Part shown: in pieces, positions 1-10,440 of the stretch | Numbering within the stretch: position 1 is the stretch's first letter | How the letters are laid out: each line of letters begins with the position of its first letter | Source: a bacterium | Lineage (GTDB): Bacteria > Electryoneota > JAOADG01 | DNA: 64,000 nt | Assembly: GCA_963681965.1 (NCBI GenBank) | Contig: OY820579.1 | Coordinates: 3,424,001-3,488,000, forward strand | Direction: 5' to 3' | The notes under the pieces: model-generated | Seen by the model: the letters and a program-made list of their open reading frames with translations, nothing else | Database searches by the model: none | Told to the model about the DNA's origin: nothing | Made by a program: the position numbers and the translations under genes

Positions 1-432
1 CTTGCCATTAAGAAATGACGGTGTTGCAACATCCACTAGGTCAGGGGTCTTATTAATGATTGTTTGACGAACGTCATGTGGGAGATCTAATAAATATTGA
101 CCCTGTTTACTTTGTGCAGTGTGTGCCAGAATATGACCTTCTTCATCCACAAGAATTGCATAAAGCAATTCGGGATACCGACGTTGGGATTCCACCAGTT
201 CTTGAAGACCGGAAATATCGTCTGCCGCGAGCCAATCGGCGGCTGCGGTAGAAAGCGATTGCGAGAGCGCAATCGCCGTCTCTTCCTGTCGATCAAGCAA
301 CATTGTATGCTGACGTATCGTTAAATCAATTATAAAGAGCGTCATCATAACTGCATGTACGGCTGCTACGCTGAGGATCAGACGACCGCGGAGCGTATTG
401 AATAGGAAATTCCGGATATCATGAAGTGTCAT
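1..432 (-). CDS. Partial (5' part only) membrane sensor protein, probably a histidine kinase or diguanylate cyclase; runs off the window edge
   Basis: Not in the ORF track. Reading the minus strand from ATG at 432 gives MTLHDIRNFLFNTLRGRLILSVAAVHAVMMTLFIIDLTIRQ..., open to position 1. It has a TM helix followed by a periplasmic-like segment, and an ATGA overlap with the stop of the upstream binding-protein gene. The output domain is not visible. Confidence 0.7.
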   Translation of the reverse strand, partial: MTLHDIRNFLFNTLRGRLILSVAAVHAVMMTLFIIDLTIRQHTMLLDRQEETAIALSQSLSTAAADWLAADDISGLQELVESQRRYPELLYAILVDEEGHILAHTAQSKQGQYLLDLPHDVRQTIINKTPDLVDVATPSFLNGK

Positions 433-1340
433 TTAACCTCCAACTTCCGAATTTCTTTCTCGAATCGCTCGGTAAAATCGCGTACGACATCGTAATCTTT
501 GTTCGTAGCAGGAATAAATCGAGCGGTCTCCATATTTGCAAGAATGAATTTTCCTTGATCTGTCTCGCCAAGTCTTGTCAGGTCATTTCGGATTTGATCT
601 CGAACATCGAGAGCGATATCGTTCCGAATCATCACCGAATTATTAATCAGCGATGCAGTTTCCCATATTACCTTCAGTTCCGCGGCTTCTTCCGGGTGGT
701 CCTTCTGAAATGCTCGCCAAGGAGGCGGCCAGGTAGCTCCGGCAACGGTTTTATTTAGATAGACATTCATTATCGATGATTCTTGCGATCCGACATAGCG
801 ATTCTCGATATCGGAATTGATATTGATACCATGTTGATGGAGAAAGTATTGTGGCATAATGCAGGCTGCCAGTGCTGTGGAAGAAGGATAGCTAATTACC
901 TTGCCCTTCAAATCGAGTGGATTTTTGATGCCACTATCTTTTCGGACGATGAAAATACCTTTAAAATCTTTCGGTTCTCCTGCCATAGCGATAACATTGT
1001 ATCCATCCTTCATTGCCTGAAGTGTTTGCCATGGATTTGGAAGCAGGAATTCCGGTTTTCGATAGCGATATTTCTCTTCGAAACTGGCATAGTCTCTTGA
1101 TGCTTCCAGCGCCAGTCGAACTCCTTTCAAATGTGAATTCAGATAATCAACCAACGGTTGATAAGCTTGCATCAGCTTTGCGGGATTGTAGAGTGGATGC
1201 ACTGCCAGATGATATACGGGTGTATTTTGGAAGGATGGTGAGTTTCCATACTTCGGTCCAACATTATGTGGTGTTTGTTTACAGCTTGACGTGAAGAGGA
1301 AAACCAAAATTACTGCAAGATCGATAAATCGTACTTTCAT
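429..1340 (-). CDS. PhnD/SsuA-type phosphate/phosphonate-binding periplasmic protein, probable lipoprotein
   Basis: Lipoprotein-like signal (LFTSSC), motifs 'FKGIFIVRKDSGIK..DLKGK', 'YVGSQESSIMNVY', 'W.T..L.NNSV', 'F..A...DYD.VR'; GGGAG RBS upstream. Confidence 0.8.
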   Translation of the reverse strand: MKVRFIDLAVILVFLFTSSCKQTPHNVGPKYGNSPSFQNTPVYHLAVHPLYNPAKLMQAYQPLVDYLNSHLKGVRLALEASRDYASFEEKYRYRKPEFLLPNPWQTLQAMKDGYNVIAMAGEPKDFKGIFIVRKDSGIKNPLDLKGKVISYPSSTALAACIMPQYFLHQHGININSDIENRYVGSQESSIMNVYLNKTVAGATWPPPWRAFQKDHPEEAAELKVIWETASLINNSVMIRNDIALDVRDQIRNDLTRLGETDQGKFILANMETARFIPATNKDYDVVRDFTERFEKEIRKLEVK

Positions 1341-2063
1341 GATGTACTCCCTGCATGTGATCTGAATCGTTACTCGGAATTATTCAATGAGATCGTATCA
1401 GTGTTACATCTCGAGCGACTGCGTTTCACAAATCAATTGCTGAGTAGATTACATTTCAAAACTGTCGATGTCAGTATCGATTCAAGCGAGAACATCTATA
1501 TAGTGATAAGATTTTGGTCGAAAATGTTTATCAGAAATCCTAAGAGATCGCTTTTTTTTAATGTCTTTGCTAGCCTACAAAGTACTTACCTTTTTTCAAT
1601 CTCCGAAGACCGATCATCAATCTTTGGATTTGTCGAACCATTTGTTCTAATATTGATCCTTTTAATTTCCTCTATTTTCTTACTGGATCGATACTCAGAT
1701 GGAAGAGAATAGTATTAAGGTTTGATTGATTACATTAACAAGACAATTTAGCCAATCAGATCGTGTTTTGCGACATATTCCTGATCTTTGGAAAAAAATA
1801 TCGCTAGGATACCGGGATCCCATCCGGAAGATTTACTTAGTAGAAACATCGCACCCCACTTAGCACTATTGGTTTAACGTTCAAAATCACCGATAACCCT
1901 TGCAGTTACGTATGGTATCATTCTGTATTTCCGTATATAAAAGATCAGAGTATCTGATTTTGGATAGCGAGAAGGTTAGGAAATGAAAATTCCTCAAGGC
2001 GAGCGATTAATGGTGCCTAGAGCCGGTGCTTGAAAAGATGATGATTGGTGATTGGTAAATGAT

Positions 2064-2091
2064 GAAAAAGGGCGATCAGTCGCCCTTTTTC
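2064..2091. terminator. Intrinsic terminator hairpin downstream of the glutathione peroxidase gene
   Basis: gaaaaagggcga-tcag-tcgccctttttc: inverted repeat with A and T tracts. Confidence 0.7.
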
Positions 2092-2131
2092 GGTAAAATT
2101 TTATAATCGGATGTGAGAATATTGAGTAGTG

Positions 2132-2680
2132 TTATTGTTTCAGTGCAGATTCGATATCGGAAGCAATACCGGCAGGAGATGTAGTGGGAGCATACCGTTT
2201 AATAACTTTACCATCTTTTCCGATCAGAAATTTGGTGAAATTCCATTTAATCGATTCGATTCCCAGAATTCCCGGTGCCGATTTGGTTAAAAACTGATAC
2301 AATGGATCAGCACCCGACCCATTGACTTCGATTTTTGCAAACATCGGGAATGTCACATTGTAGTTCAAGGTGCAGAAAGATTGGATCTCGGCATTCGATC
2401 CCGGCTCTTGACCGCCAAACTGATTGCAAGGGAAACCCAAGACCGAAAAACCTTTGGCGGCGTACTTCTGCTGTAACTGTTCGAGACCTTCATATTGCGG
2501 AGTGAAGCCGCATTTACTGGCAGTATTCACAATCAACAGCACCTTACCGGTGTAGTGCGAAAGCGCCACCGAGTCACCAGTAATCGTTTTCATGGAAAAT
2601 GAATAAATTGTCGACACCTGCTCCTCCCCAATTGCTGTCAAACCGACAAGCATTATTACGATTGCAACGATCTTCTTCAC
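2132..2680 (-). CDS. Cys-type glutathione peroxidase (BtuE/Gpx family) with N-terminal signal peptide
   Basis: NTASKCGFTPQY, GFPCNQF and IKWNFTKFL motifs. Start placed at GTG 2680 (GGAGA RBS) rather than the ORF-track 2710. Confidence 0.92.
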   Translation of the reverse strand: MKKIVAIVIMLVGLTAIGEEQVSTIYSFSMKTITGDSVALSHYTGKVLLIVNTASKCGFTPQYEGLEQLQQKYAAKGFSVLGFPCNQFGGQEPGSNAEIQSFCTLNYNVTFPMFAKIEVNGSGADPLYQFLTKSAPGILGIESIKWNFTKFLIGKDGKVIKRYAPTTSPAGIASDIESALKQ

Positions 2681-2940
2681 TTTTCTTCTCCATATCTCAT
2701 CAATTTGCACTGGATTAATCGCAATTAATTATTCACCTGTTGAAGAGTAGGAGTAATGAATTTTATCATTACCGAGATCTTTTTGAGGCTCGCACAACTA
2801 AAACCTATGAACCAGAACAGATATACGATTCATCAACCGTAATCCATGATTCCCCCTCTCTACTCCACAAATATTTCAATTAAAATCCACCATTTGCACA
2901 GAATTAGTCGTATATTCAAATGAATAACTAGGAAAAAATA

Positions 2941-4044
2941 ATGAACGCTGGAAATCCGAAGTCCTCTGCTCCCGCCAAGCTGTTCACACCAGTCAGGATC
3001 GGCGAATTAGAGCTGTCAAACCGTATCGTGATGGCTCCGATGACTCGCAGTCGGGCACTGCCCAGAAACATACCCAACCCTTTGGCGGCGGTGTATTACT
3101 CGCAACGCGCTACTGCCGGCTTGATTGTTTCCGAGGGCACACAAGTATCCGAACAGGGTGTCGGTTATCCCTTCACTCCGGGAATGATTACCGACGAACA
3201 GGTTGCCGGTTGGAAAGTGATAACCGATGCGGTGCATGCGAAGAATGGATTGATCTTTGCCCAACTCTGGCATGTCGGGCGTGTCTCGATTCCGGAACTA
3301 CAACCGAATGGCGGTCTTCCCGTCGGTCCTTCAGCCATTGCCCCAGAAGGTCAAGCCTATACCGCGAATGGTGCCGTTGACTACGGTATCCCCAGAGCAC
3401 TGGAAACGAGCGAGATTGCCGGTATTGTCACCGATTTTCAAAATGCCGCCCGACGTGCGAAAGCGGCAGGATTCGATGGCATCGAGCTGCATGGTGCCAA
3501 TGGATATCTCATCGATCAGTTTTTGCGCGATGGTGCCAATCACCGAACCGACCAATATGGCGGATCGATTGAAAACCGAGTCCGGTTCCTATTGGAGTTG
3601 GTTGCCGCGGTCACCAAGGTCTATCGACCGGGCAGGGTTGGCGTGCGATTGTCATTGACCAGCAATGTCAGTGGTTTGAAAGATAGCGACCCAATCGCGC
3701 TGGCTACCTATATTGCAAAGAAACTGAGTAGTTTGGGTATTGCCTACATCCACAACAACGAATTCCCGCAACCCGCCTCAGCAGATATTCCTTTGCTGGC
3801 ACCGGTGTACCGGAAGCACTTCAACGGAGCGCTCATTCTCTGCAGTGGTTATACTGCCGAAACCGCAGAAGCAGCAGTGGTGTCGAAGCATGCGGATGCG
3901 GTTGCATTTGCGACGTTGTACATATCCAATCCCGATCTTCCGCACCGGTTAGCTACCGGCGCACCGCTAGTATTACCAGATCGCGCAACCTATTACGGTG
4001 GCACCGAAGTCGGGTATACCGATTATCCGGTATTCCAGCAATAA
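2941..4044 (+). CDS. Alkene reductase / old yellow enzyme (NemA-like FMN oxidoreductase)
   Basis: NRIVMAPMTRSRA, QLWHVGR, GFDGIELHGANGYLIDQF, RTDQYGGSIENR, GYTDYP. Confidence 0.95.
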   Translation: MNAGNPKSSAPAKLFTPVRIGELELSNRIVMAPMTRSRALPRNIPNPLAAVYYSQRATAGLIVSEGTQVSEQGVGYPFTPGMITDEQVAGWKVITDAVHAKNGLIFAQLWHVGRVSIPELQPNGGLPVGPSAIAPEGQAYTANGAVDYGIPRALETSEIAGIVTDFQNAARRAKAAGFDGIELHGANGYLIDQFLRDGANHRTDQYGGSIENRVRFLLELVAAVTKVYRPGRVGVRLSLTSNVSGLKDSDPIALATYIAKKLSSLGIAYIHNNEFPQPASADIPLLAPVYRKHFNGALILCSGYTAETAEAAVVSKHADAVAFATLYISNPDLPHRLATGAPLVLPDRATYYGGTEVGYTDYPVFQQ

Positions 4045-4056
4045 CACTCTTCTACC

Positions 4057-4329
4057 TTGAATGAATTAATGGCGCTCATCAAGCGCCATTTTTTTTTGTC
4101 TAATCAGCTCGGCGATTTCATTCCATTTGCGCTTGCCGGTATTATCGGTATGATGATAACGCTGGATTTTTCCGACCGGTTCCTCCCACTCGGACTGCTG
4201 ATACTATCGTTCATCGTGCAATTTGGGATCTTATTCTGGTATTTGAAAAATCATTTTGGCGAAAGCACTGCTGCGAAGATGGTGGGTAGTAATGCGGTCG
4301 ATGCGATAGTGGTGGGTATAGTAATCTGA
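4057..4329 (+). CDS. Possible small membrane protein (hypothetical)
   Basis: Two to three hydrophobic segments, but TTG start, no clear RBS and no recognised family. Confidence 0.3.
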   Translation: MNELMALIKRHFFLSNQLGDFIPFALAGIIGMMITLDFSDRFLPLGLLILSFIVQFGILFWYLKNHFGESTAAKMVGSNAVDAIVVGIVI

Positions 4330-4442
4330 TTGGTAAGTCAATAATTAGATTCAATCCCACTGATACGAGAAGTGCGAGATTGGTGAAGTTAATCTTTGGT
4401 ATCTCATAGCCTGACTCCCAGAAAAATCATTATATTCCACCC

Positions 4443-5435
4443 ATGCATTCCGTGATAAAAAAAATCGGTTATCCCATTTATCTTGCCTCATTGCTTGCGC
4501 TCGCGTTCTGGGCAGCGCTCGCGATCCACTACTCGAATCTTCCGGAAGCGCTTAGACCTTGGTGTGCCGGTTTATTCTTGATCGGCAGTCTGATATTATT
4601 GATCGGAAAATTCAGCACGACGAAGACCCGCTTCGGTTTCTGTGCGGTATTTCTCCTGATCCTGATTTGGTGGCTGCAGATTCCGCCATCGAACAATCGT
4701 GATTGGAAACCGTGCGAAGTAAAGCTCCCGCACAGCGAACAACAGGGTTATCGGATTACAATCAACAATATCCGGAATTGCGATTACCGCACCGAAACCG
4801 ATTACACGGTTCACTATTATCCCAAAAGCTTCGAGTTATCGGAAGTAAAAAGCCTCGATTTATCGATTGTTCATTGGGGATCACCTTATATCGCCCATAC
4901 GATGCTCAGTTTCGGATTTTCCGATTCGACTTATCTCTGTTTTTCGATCGAAGCGCGGAAAGAGCAGAATGAGAGCTACTCGCCAATCAAAGGATTCTTT
5001 CGGCAGTACGAGCTGTTCTGTGTCGTCGGCGACGAACGCGATCTCATCGGATTGCGCACCAACTACCGGGGCGAGCAAGTTTTCCTCTATCGCTTGAATG
5101 CGACACCGGAATTTATTCAAAACGTTTTACTCGACTATCTCAGAGAACTGAATACGCTGGAAACGCATCCACGGTGGTATAACTCTCTCACCACCAACTG
5201 TACTACCGGCATTCGTACGCATACCGCGCCGTACAACCCTGACATCCTGATCGATTGGCGCATTGTCGTGAACGGTCTGAGTGATGAAATGCTTTATAAC
5301 ATGCACCGGATCGATACGACCCTCCCGTTCCCATTGTTACAACGGGTGAGTCTGGTAAACGACCGGGCAAAATGGTGGGATAAATCGCCAGACTTTTCCA
5401 ACCGGATCCGAGCCGGATTGCCGGGAATGAAATAA
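4443..5435 (+). CDS. DUF4105 family (Lnb N-terminal periplasmic-like) membrane protein
   Basis: Three N-terminal TM helices followed by 'N.RN.DYR.ETDY', 'AHTMLSFGF', 'SIEARKE..E.YS...GFFRQYEL', 'YNSLTTNCTT'. Confidence 0.85.
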   Translation: MHSVIKKIGYPIYLASLLALAFWAALAIHYSNLPEALRPWCAGLFLIGSLILLIGKFSTTKTRFGFCAVFLLILIWWLQIPPSNNRDWKPCEVKLPHSEQQGYRITINNIRNCDYRTETDYTVHYYPKSFELSEVKSLDLSIVHWGSPYIAHTMLSFGFSDSTYLCFSIEARKEQNESYSPIKGFFRQYELFCVVGDERDLIGLRTNYRGEQVFLYRLNATPEFIQNVLLDYLRELNTLETHPRWYNSLTTNCTTGIRTHTAPYNPDILIDWRIVVNGLSDEMLYNMHRIDTTLPFPLLQRVSLVNDRAKWWDKSPDFSNRIRAGLPGMK

Positions 5436-5743
5436 ATCATCGGGAAGATTATTCGAATCAACCGGTAGATTTGAGCAACTAATTATTAATATTTTCCAAA
5501 ACAATCCCATTTAACTGAGCATATATTCTGTTATCTCAATTGCTTACCTATTCTTTCTAAAGATCACTGTGGTACTATTTTTTTCGATTAGATTGATGTG
5601 GTGTATTTTGCATCACTCCCTACTCCCTACCTCCACTCGTACTACTGTACACATTTGATCCAATCTCTTGCTCAGGTGTCCAAGTATTGGTATTTTGCGT
5701 CGATATAGAAGTATGTAGAAAGATGTAGGAAAAGGAGACACGA

Positions 5744-8296
5744 ATGATCAAGCAAACTCGCTGGAGTTACCTGTTAATTCTCCTTGCATTTGCAACGCTT
5801 TGCCACGCGGAAATCTTTCCCGGTGAAATGTTCGTCAAATTTCAAGGCGAGCCGCAGCAGTGGCTTTCGTTATCGCAGTTGCAGACCAACGATGCGCAGC
5901 TAAAACAACTTTTGTCCACTTGGAAAGTAGTATCTGCCGAACAGAATTTCCCCGAAGCATTTCCCCCGGAAAAAGTGGGTGGTGTCGAATTGCGTACCTG
6001 GTGGAAACTCCACCTTCCCGAATCGACCGATATCAATGCCGCCGTTGCAGCATTTAAATCGGCATCGGTCGTATTAGCGGCACAACCGAGCTTTGTCTTC
6101 AAGACTTTTTTCACGTACAATGACCGCAATTTCTCGCGTCAATATGGCATGTCTCGCGTCCATTCGAGTGGTGCTCACGACATTTATACCGGCAACGATT
6201 CGATCATTATCGCGATCGTCGATACCGGTATCGATTACAATCACCCCGACCTCTCCGCCAATATGTGGCACGATGCTCAAGGAAACCACGGACGCAATTT
6301 CTGCACCGACCAAGCGGCAACGAATCCGATGCCGACCGCCGGCGGCAGCCACGGTACTCACTGTGCCGGTATCGCCGATGCCTGCACGAACAATAGTCTC
6401 GGTGTTGCTTCGCTGGCGTATCGCGCAAAACTAATGGCAGTTCGGTGCGGACAGAGTACAACGATCAGCTATGGTTTCGAGGGCATCCAGTGGGCTGCGA
6501 ACAATGGTGCCGATGTTATCAGTTGTTCCTGGGGAAGTTCGCAATCCGATAGCCGCGAACAAGCGGTGATGGATTATGCCTGGAATTTGAATTGCGTCAT
6601 CATTTGTGCTGCCGGCAACGACGGCAATGATTCGTTGCACTATCCAGCAGCGTTGAATCACGTCGTCGCAGTTGCATCGTCCGATCAAAACGATCGTCGT
6701 TCTTCGTTCTCGTGCTACGGTAATTGGGTCGACGTTACCGCCCCCGGATCGAATATTTACTCTACCGTTCCGAATAGCAGCTATGAATATATGGACGGTA
6801 CTTCGATGGCGTGTCCATTTGCCGCCAGTCTCGCCGGGTTGATCAAAGGTAAGATGGGTCACGCTTCCCGCAATATCGATGTCGTCACAGTGTTGGAAGA
6901 GAGTTGCGATAATATCGATGCCACCAATCCCAACTATATCGGGCGTCTGGGTCACGGTCGCATCAATGCGCAATCGGCAATGCAGATGTTGAATTATCCG
7001 CAAATGGATCTGACCGATCATCTGGTCACGCGAACCGATGGCGAAGGACGCGTCACACCGGGCGATAGCGGTATGATCGTAGTATACCTGAGATCATTGC
7101 CGGGTTACGCCCCGTTCGATTCGTTCTGGGTCGATATTTCTACTACCGATCCCGCGATCCAAATGAATGAGATGTCGGTTCCCGGTCAGGAGTTGACTTC
7201 CGGTTCGAATTGGAACAACGAGCATCACCCGATTTATTTCAAAGCAACGACTACTTCCGTTCCGCACAACGTGCAATTTACCGTACAGGTCTTCGGAACC
7301 CCCGGCGACTTCAGTGCCGAATTCTATTTCAACACCTTCATCGGATGGCAGGAAGCATTGTTGGTCGACGACGACGGTAATACCGGTTATCACACGTACT
7401 ATGATACTGCAATGACCAATCTGGGGATCTCGCACGATGTCTTCAATACGGTAACACAAGGGTCGTTGCCACCTGAATATCTCTCGAATTTCCGGTGGGT
7501 CATTTGGGAAACCGGTAGCGCAACTTCGACGATCGATGTCTACGATCAAGGCGAAATCGAAGATTATATCCGCGCAGGCGGTCAGATGTTGCTCTCATCG
7601 CAGCGTCTACCCAGCGATCCGCAGACCACCGACTTCATGTCGAATGTCCTGCACTGCGGTGTTTCATTTGTCTACGATAGTACAATGTTGCCCGGACCGC
7701 AGCGAATTATAGCGTCCGGTGCGGGTCCATTCACTAGTGGCAATTTCTATTTGGTTGGTTCCGAAGGTGCCGGCAATGGGAATGTATCGCCGACTGTACT
7801 CGATCCCGAATTCCCCGGCGAAGTGATTTATACTTATAGCACTACCGGCGAAGCTTGCGGAATTGCCCGCACGATCGGATCGGGACGGCTGGTATTTTTC
7901 AGCGTTGCGTTGGAATCGATTTCGCGAACATCGCAGACTCCGGCGTTGCGAGCATTGATTACGAATTACCGCAATAGTTTCCTAAGTTCGACCGGTGTAG
8001 CGGAAGAAGCGAAATCCTTGGCGATACCCACCAGTTTCGCAGTAGGAAACGCGTTTCCCAATCCATTCAACTCAACTACTCACATTTCGCTTGCTTTACC
8101 CGTAACACAAGATATACATTTAGTCGTATACGATATTTCAGGAAGAGAAGTAATGAGTGAGAATTATCGCAATTTAACCGCGGGGAATCACCGGTTGTCG
8201 GTTTCGTTACCTATGGCAAGTAGCGGCGTCTACTTCGCTTCGGTTCGAACTACAGCCGGAACAACGATCACGCGCAAGTTGGTTTATTTGCGGTAG
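5744..8296 (+). CDS. Secreted S8 (subtilisin-like) serine peptidase with T9SS/FlgD-like C-terminal domain
   Basis: Signal peptide; triad IVDTG / HGTHCAG / GTSMA; oxyanion AAGN; C-terminal 'NAFPNPFNSTT...VYDISGREV...SGVYF...RKLVYLR'; AAGGAG RBS. Confidence 0.93.
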   Translation: MIKQTRWSYLLILLAFATLCHAEIFPGEMFVKFQGEPQQWLSLSQLQTNDAQLKQLLSTWKVVSAEQNFPEAFPPEKVGGVELRTWWKLHLPESTDINAAVAAFKSASVVLAAQPSFVFKTFFTYNDRNFSRQYGMSRVHSSGAHDIYTGNDSIIIAIVDTGIDYNHPDLSANMWHDAQGNHGRNFCTDQAATNPMPTAGGSHGTHCAGIADACTNNSLGVASLAYRAKLMAVRCGQSTTISYGFEGIQWAANNGADVISCSWGSSQSDSREQAVMDYAWNLNCVIICAAGNDGNDSLHYPAALNHVVAVASSDQNDRRSSFSCYGNWVDVTAPGSNIYSTVPNSSYEYMDGTSMACPFAASLAGLIKGKMGHASRNIDVVTVLEESCDNIDATNPNYIGRLGHGRINAQSAMQMLNYPQMDLTDHLVTRTDGEGRVTPGDSGMIVVYLRSLPGYAPFDSFWVDISTTDPAIQMNEMSVPGQELTSGSNWNNEHHPIYFKATTTSVPHNVQFTVQVFGTPGDFSAEFYFNTFIGWQEALLVDDDGNTGYHTYYDTAMTNLGISHDVFNTVTQGSLPPEYLSNFRWVIWETGSATSTIDVYDQGEIEDYIRAGGQMLLSSQRLPSDPQTTDFMSNVLHCGVSFVYDSTMLPGPQRIIASGAGPFTSGNFYLVGSEGAGNGNVSPTVLDPEFPGEVIYTYSTTGEACGIARTIGSGRLVFFSVALESISRTSQTPALRALITNYRNSFLSSTGVAEEAKSLAIPTSFAVGNAFPNPFNSTTHISLALPVTQDIHLVVYDISGREVMSENYRNLTAGNHRLSVSLPMASSGVYFASVRTTAGTTITRKLVYLR

Positions 8297-8319
8297 CACC
8301 GGATTGTTTGAGTTTTTCG

Positions 8320-8350
8320 ACCGGGCTGCCCAGCGACAGCCCGGTTTTTT
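8320..8350 (+). terminator. Intrinsic terminator after the S8 peptidase gene
   Basis: accgggctg-cccagcga-cagcccggt followed by a T tract. Confidence 0.75.
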
Positions 8351-8460
8351 ATGCATTTATGGTCGCAATTGACAGGCAAATTATCGGTACGCTACCGTTT
8401 GGAAAGTTTACGTATTATCTTATCGACTTGTGCTTCACATTAGTGAGAAAAGAGGATATC

Positions 8461-10383
8461 ATGGCAGTCATCGTACTACCAAATAAAGAAGAATTAAATA
8501 TTGCCGTGGGTCAACCCGTGGGAAATGCCTTGGAACAGGCTGGCGTTGCCGATGCGATCGGCATCAAAAGTGGTGCCGAATATTACGATTTACAAACCCC
8601 GCTCCGGTTCGAAGGGAGCGCCATTCCGGTGACTCTCCGCTCGAAGGAAGGGCTGGAAATGTTGCGACATACTGCCGCGCATGTTATGGCGCAAGCAGTT
8701 AGCCGGTTGTTCGACAACGTCGAATTCGCAATCGGTCCGGTAATCGACGACGGTTTCTATTACGATTTCGATCTCGATCATGTCTTCTCGCCGGAAGATT
8801 TCCCGAAGATTGAAGCGGAAATGAAAAAGATCATCGCCGAGAAATTCCCGGTGATCCGCAAGGAAATGTCACGTAGCGAAGCGCTGGAAATATTAGCGAA
8901 GCAAAAAGCGAAATTCAAGACTGAATTGGTCGAATCGCTGGATGCCGAAGTATTCAGTTTTTATTCGCAAGGCGAATTCACCGATTTGTGTCGCGGACCG
9001 CACCTCCCCAACACCGGTTTCATTCCCGCAGTAAAGCTGCTTAGCGTTGCCGGAGCATATTGGCGTGGCGATGAAAAACGCGAAATGCTGCAGCGATTGT
9101 ATGCCACCGCATTTTGGACCGAAGACGAATTGAACGAGCACATTCGCTTGCTGGAAGAAGCGAAGAAGCGCGACCACCGGAAATTGGGCAAGGATCTCGA
9201 TCTTTATTCATTCCACGGCGAAGGTCCCGGATTTCCCTTCTGGCATCCGAATGGAACTGTGCTGTACAATGAAGCAGTCGCGTTTTGGCGGCTCAAGCAT
9301 CGCGAATACGGATACGATGAAATCATGACCCCGATGATTCTGAGTGAACAACTCTGGCATCAATCGGGTCACTGGGATCATTACCGCGAGAATATGTACT
9401 TCACTCAAATTGACGAGAAGGATTATGCGGTGAAGCCGATGAATTGTCCCGGTGGCACTCTGGTGTACCGGTCGAATATGTGGAGTTATCGCGATTTACC
9501 ATCGCGCATGGCGGAATTGGGACACGTCCATCGTCACGAGAAATCGGGTGTCTTGGCGGGTCTGTTCCGAGTACGGTCGTTCACTCAGGACGATGCGCAC
9601 ATCTATTGCACCTACGACCAGTTGGAAGATGAAATTGCTTCGACCATGCAGTTGCTGCACGAATTGTATGCCGGTTTTGGGTTTGACGATTACGCAGTCG
9701 AACTATCGACTCGTCCGGCAAAATCGATCGGCAGCGACGAGATGTGGGAACGTGCCGAAGGGGCGTTGCGGAACGTACTCGACCGTCGCAAAGTCGATTA
9801 CAAATTGAATCCGGGTGATGGCGCATTCTACGGACCGAAGATCGACTTCCATATTCACGATGCATTGAAGCGTACTTGGCAGTGTGGTACTATTCAGGTC
9901 GATTTCTCGATGCCGGAACGGTTCGACATGGAGTATACCGGACCGGATGGCGCGAAACACCGACCGGTGATGATACATCGGGCGTTGCTCGGCAGTCTCG
10001 AACGGTTCATCGGTATTTTGATCGAGCACTACGGCGGTGCGTTCCCGACTTGGCTTGCGCCGGTTCAGGGTGTTGTCATTCCGATTTCCGAAGCGAAACA
10101 CGGCGATTATGCGCGTGAAGTGGTGAAGAAGATGAAAGCGGCAGGATTGCGGGTGAAACTCGATGCCCGCGAAGAGTCGCTCAACTACCGGATTCGCGAC
10201 AATCAAGCGAAGAAGATTCCGTATTTCTTCGTGGTCGGCGGTCGCGAAGCGGAAAATCAAGCGGTGGCGATTCGACGTCGCGACAAAGGCGATATCGGTG
10301 CACATCCAGTCGATAAAGTGATTGCTCAACTCTTGTTGGAAGTCGCTGAACGGCGGAATAGCCTGTCGCTCGATAAAGAATAA
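8461..10383 (+). CDS. thrS: Threonine--tRNA ligase
   Basis: RHTAAHVMAQAV, DLCRGPH, RDHRKLG, KPMNCP, RVRSFTQDDAH, GAFYGPKIDF, WQCGTIQVDF, IHRALLGSLERF. Start at ATG 8461 (GAGGA RBS); the ORF-track extension to 8308 crosses a terminator. Confidence 0.98.
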   Translation: MAVIVLPNKEELNIAVGQPVGNALEQAGVADAIGIKSGAEYYDLQTPLRFEGSAIPVTLRSKEGLEMLRHTAAHVMAQAVSRLFDNVEFAIGPVIDDGFYYDFDLDHVFSPEDFPKIEAEMKKIIAEKFPVIRKEMSRSEALEILAKQKAKFKTELVESLDAEVFSFYSQGEFTDLCRGPHLPNTGFIPAVKLLSVAGAYWRGDEKREMLQRLYATAFWTEDELNEHIRLLEEAKKRDHRKLGKDLDLYSFHGEGPGFPFWHPNGTVLYNEAVAFWRLKHREYGYDEIMTPMILSEQLWHQSGHWDHYRENMYFTQIDEKDYAVKPMNCPGGTLVYRSNMWSYRDLPSRMAELGHVHRHEKSGVLAGLFRVRSFTQDDAHIYCTYDQLEDEIASTMQLLHELYAGFGFDDYAVELSTRPAKSIGSDEMWERAEGALRNVLDRRKVDYKLNPGDGAFYGPKIDFHIHDALKRTWQCGTIQVDFSMPERFDMEYTGPDGAKHRPVMIHRALLGSLERFIGILIEHYGGAFPTWLAPVQGVVIPISEAKHGDYAREVVKKMKAAGLRVKLDAREESLNYRIRDNQAKKIPYFFVVGGREAENQAVAIRRRDKGDIGAHPVDKVIAQLLLEVAERRNSLSLDKE

Positions 10384-10406
10384 TTACATCTCCAATTCGA
10401 AGAATG

Positions 10407-10440
10407 ACGGCGAGCTGATGAAAGCTCGCCGTTTTGTTTT
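10407..10440 (+). terminator. Intrinsic terminator after thrS
   Basis: acggcgagct-gatgaa-agctcgccgt-tttgtttt. Confidence 0.8.

Noticed and set aside
1401-1712. 103-aa ORF or decayed gene in the AT-rich spacer
   Set aside because: No RBS or motifs, and the minus-strand frames checked are interrupted by stops; not supportable as a gene or pseudogene.
2495-2530. Selenocysteine in glutathione peroxidase
   Set aside because: The active-site codon is TGC (Cys), with no in-frame TGA.
2745-2773. Fluoride riboswitch-like sequence upstream of the peroxidase gene
   Set aside because: Only a simple gtaatga/tcattac inverted repeat; the pseudoknot consensus is absent. It could be an operator, but there is no supporting evidence.
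8308-8460. N-terminal extension of ThrRS, or a thrS leader/T-box element
   Set aside because: The extension spans the upstream terminator and the RBS supports 8461; no T-box or convincing anticodon-mimic stem was recognised.
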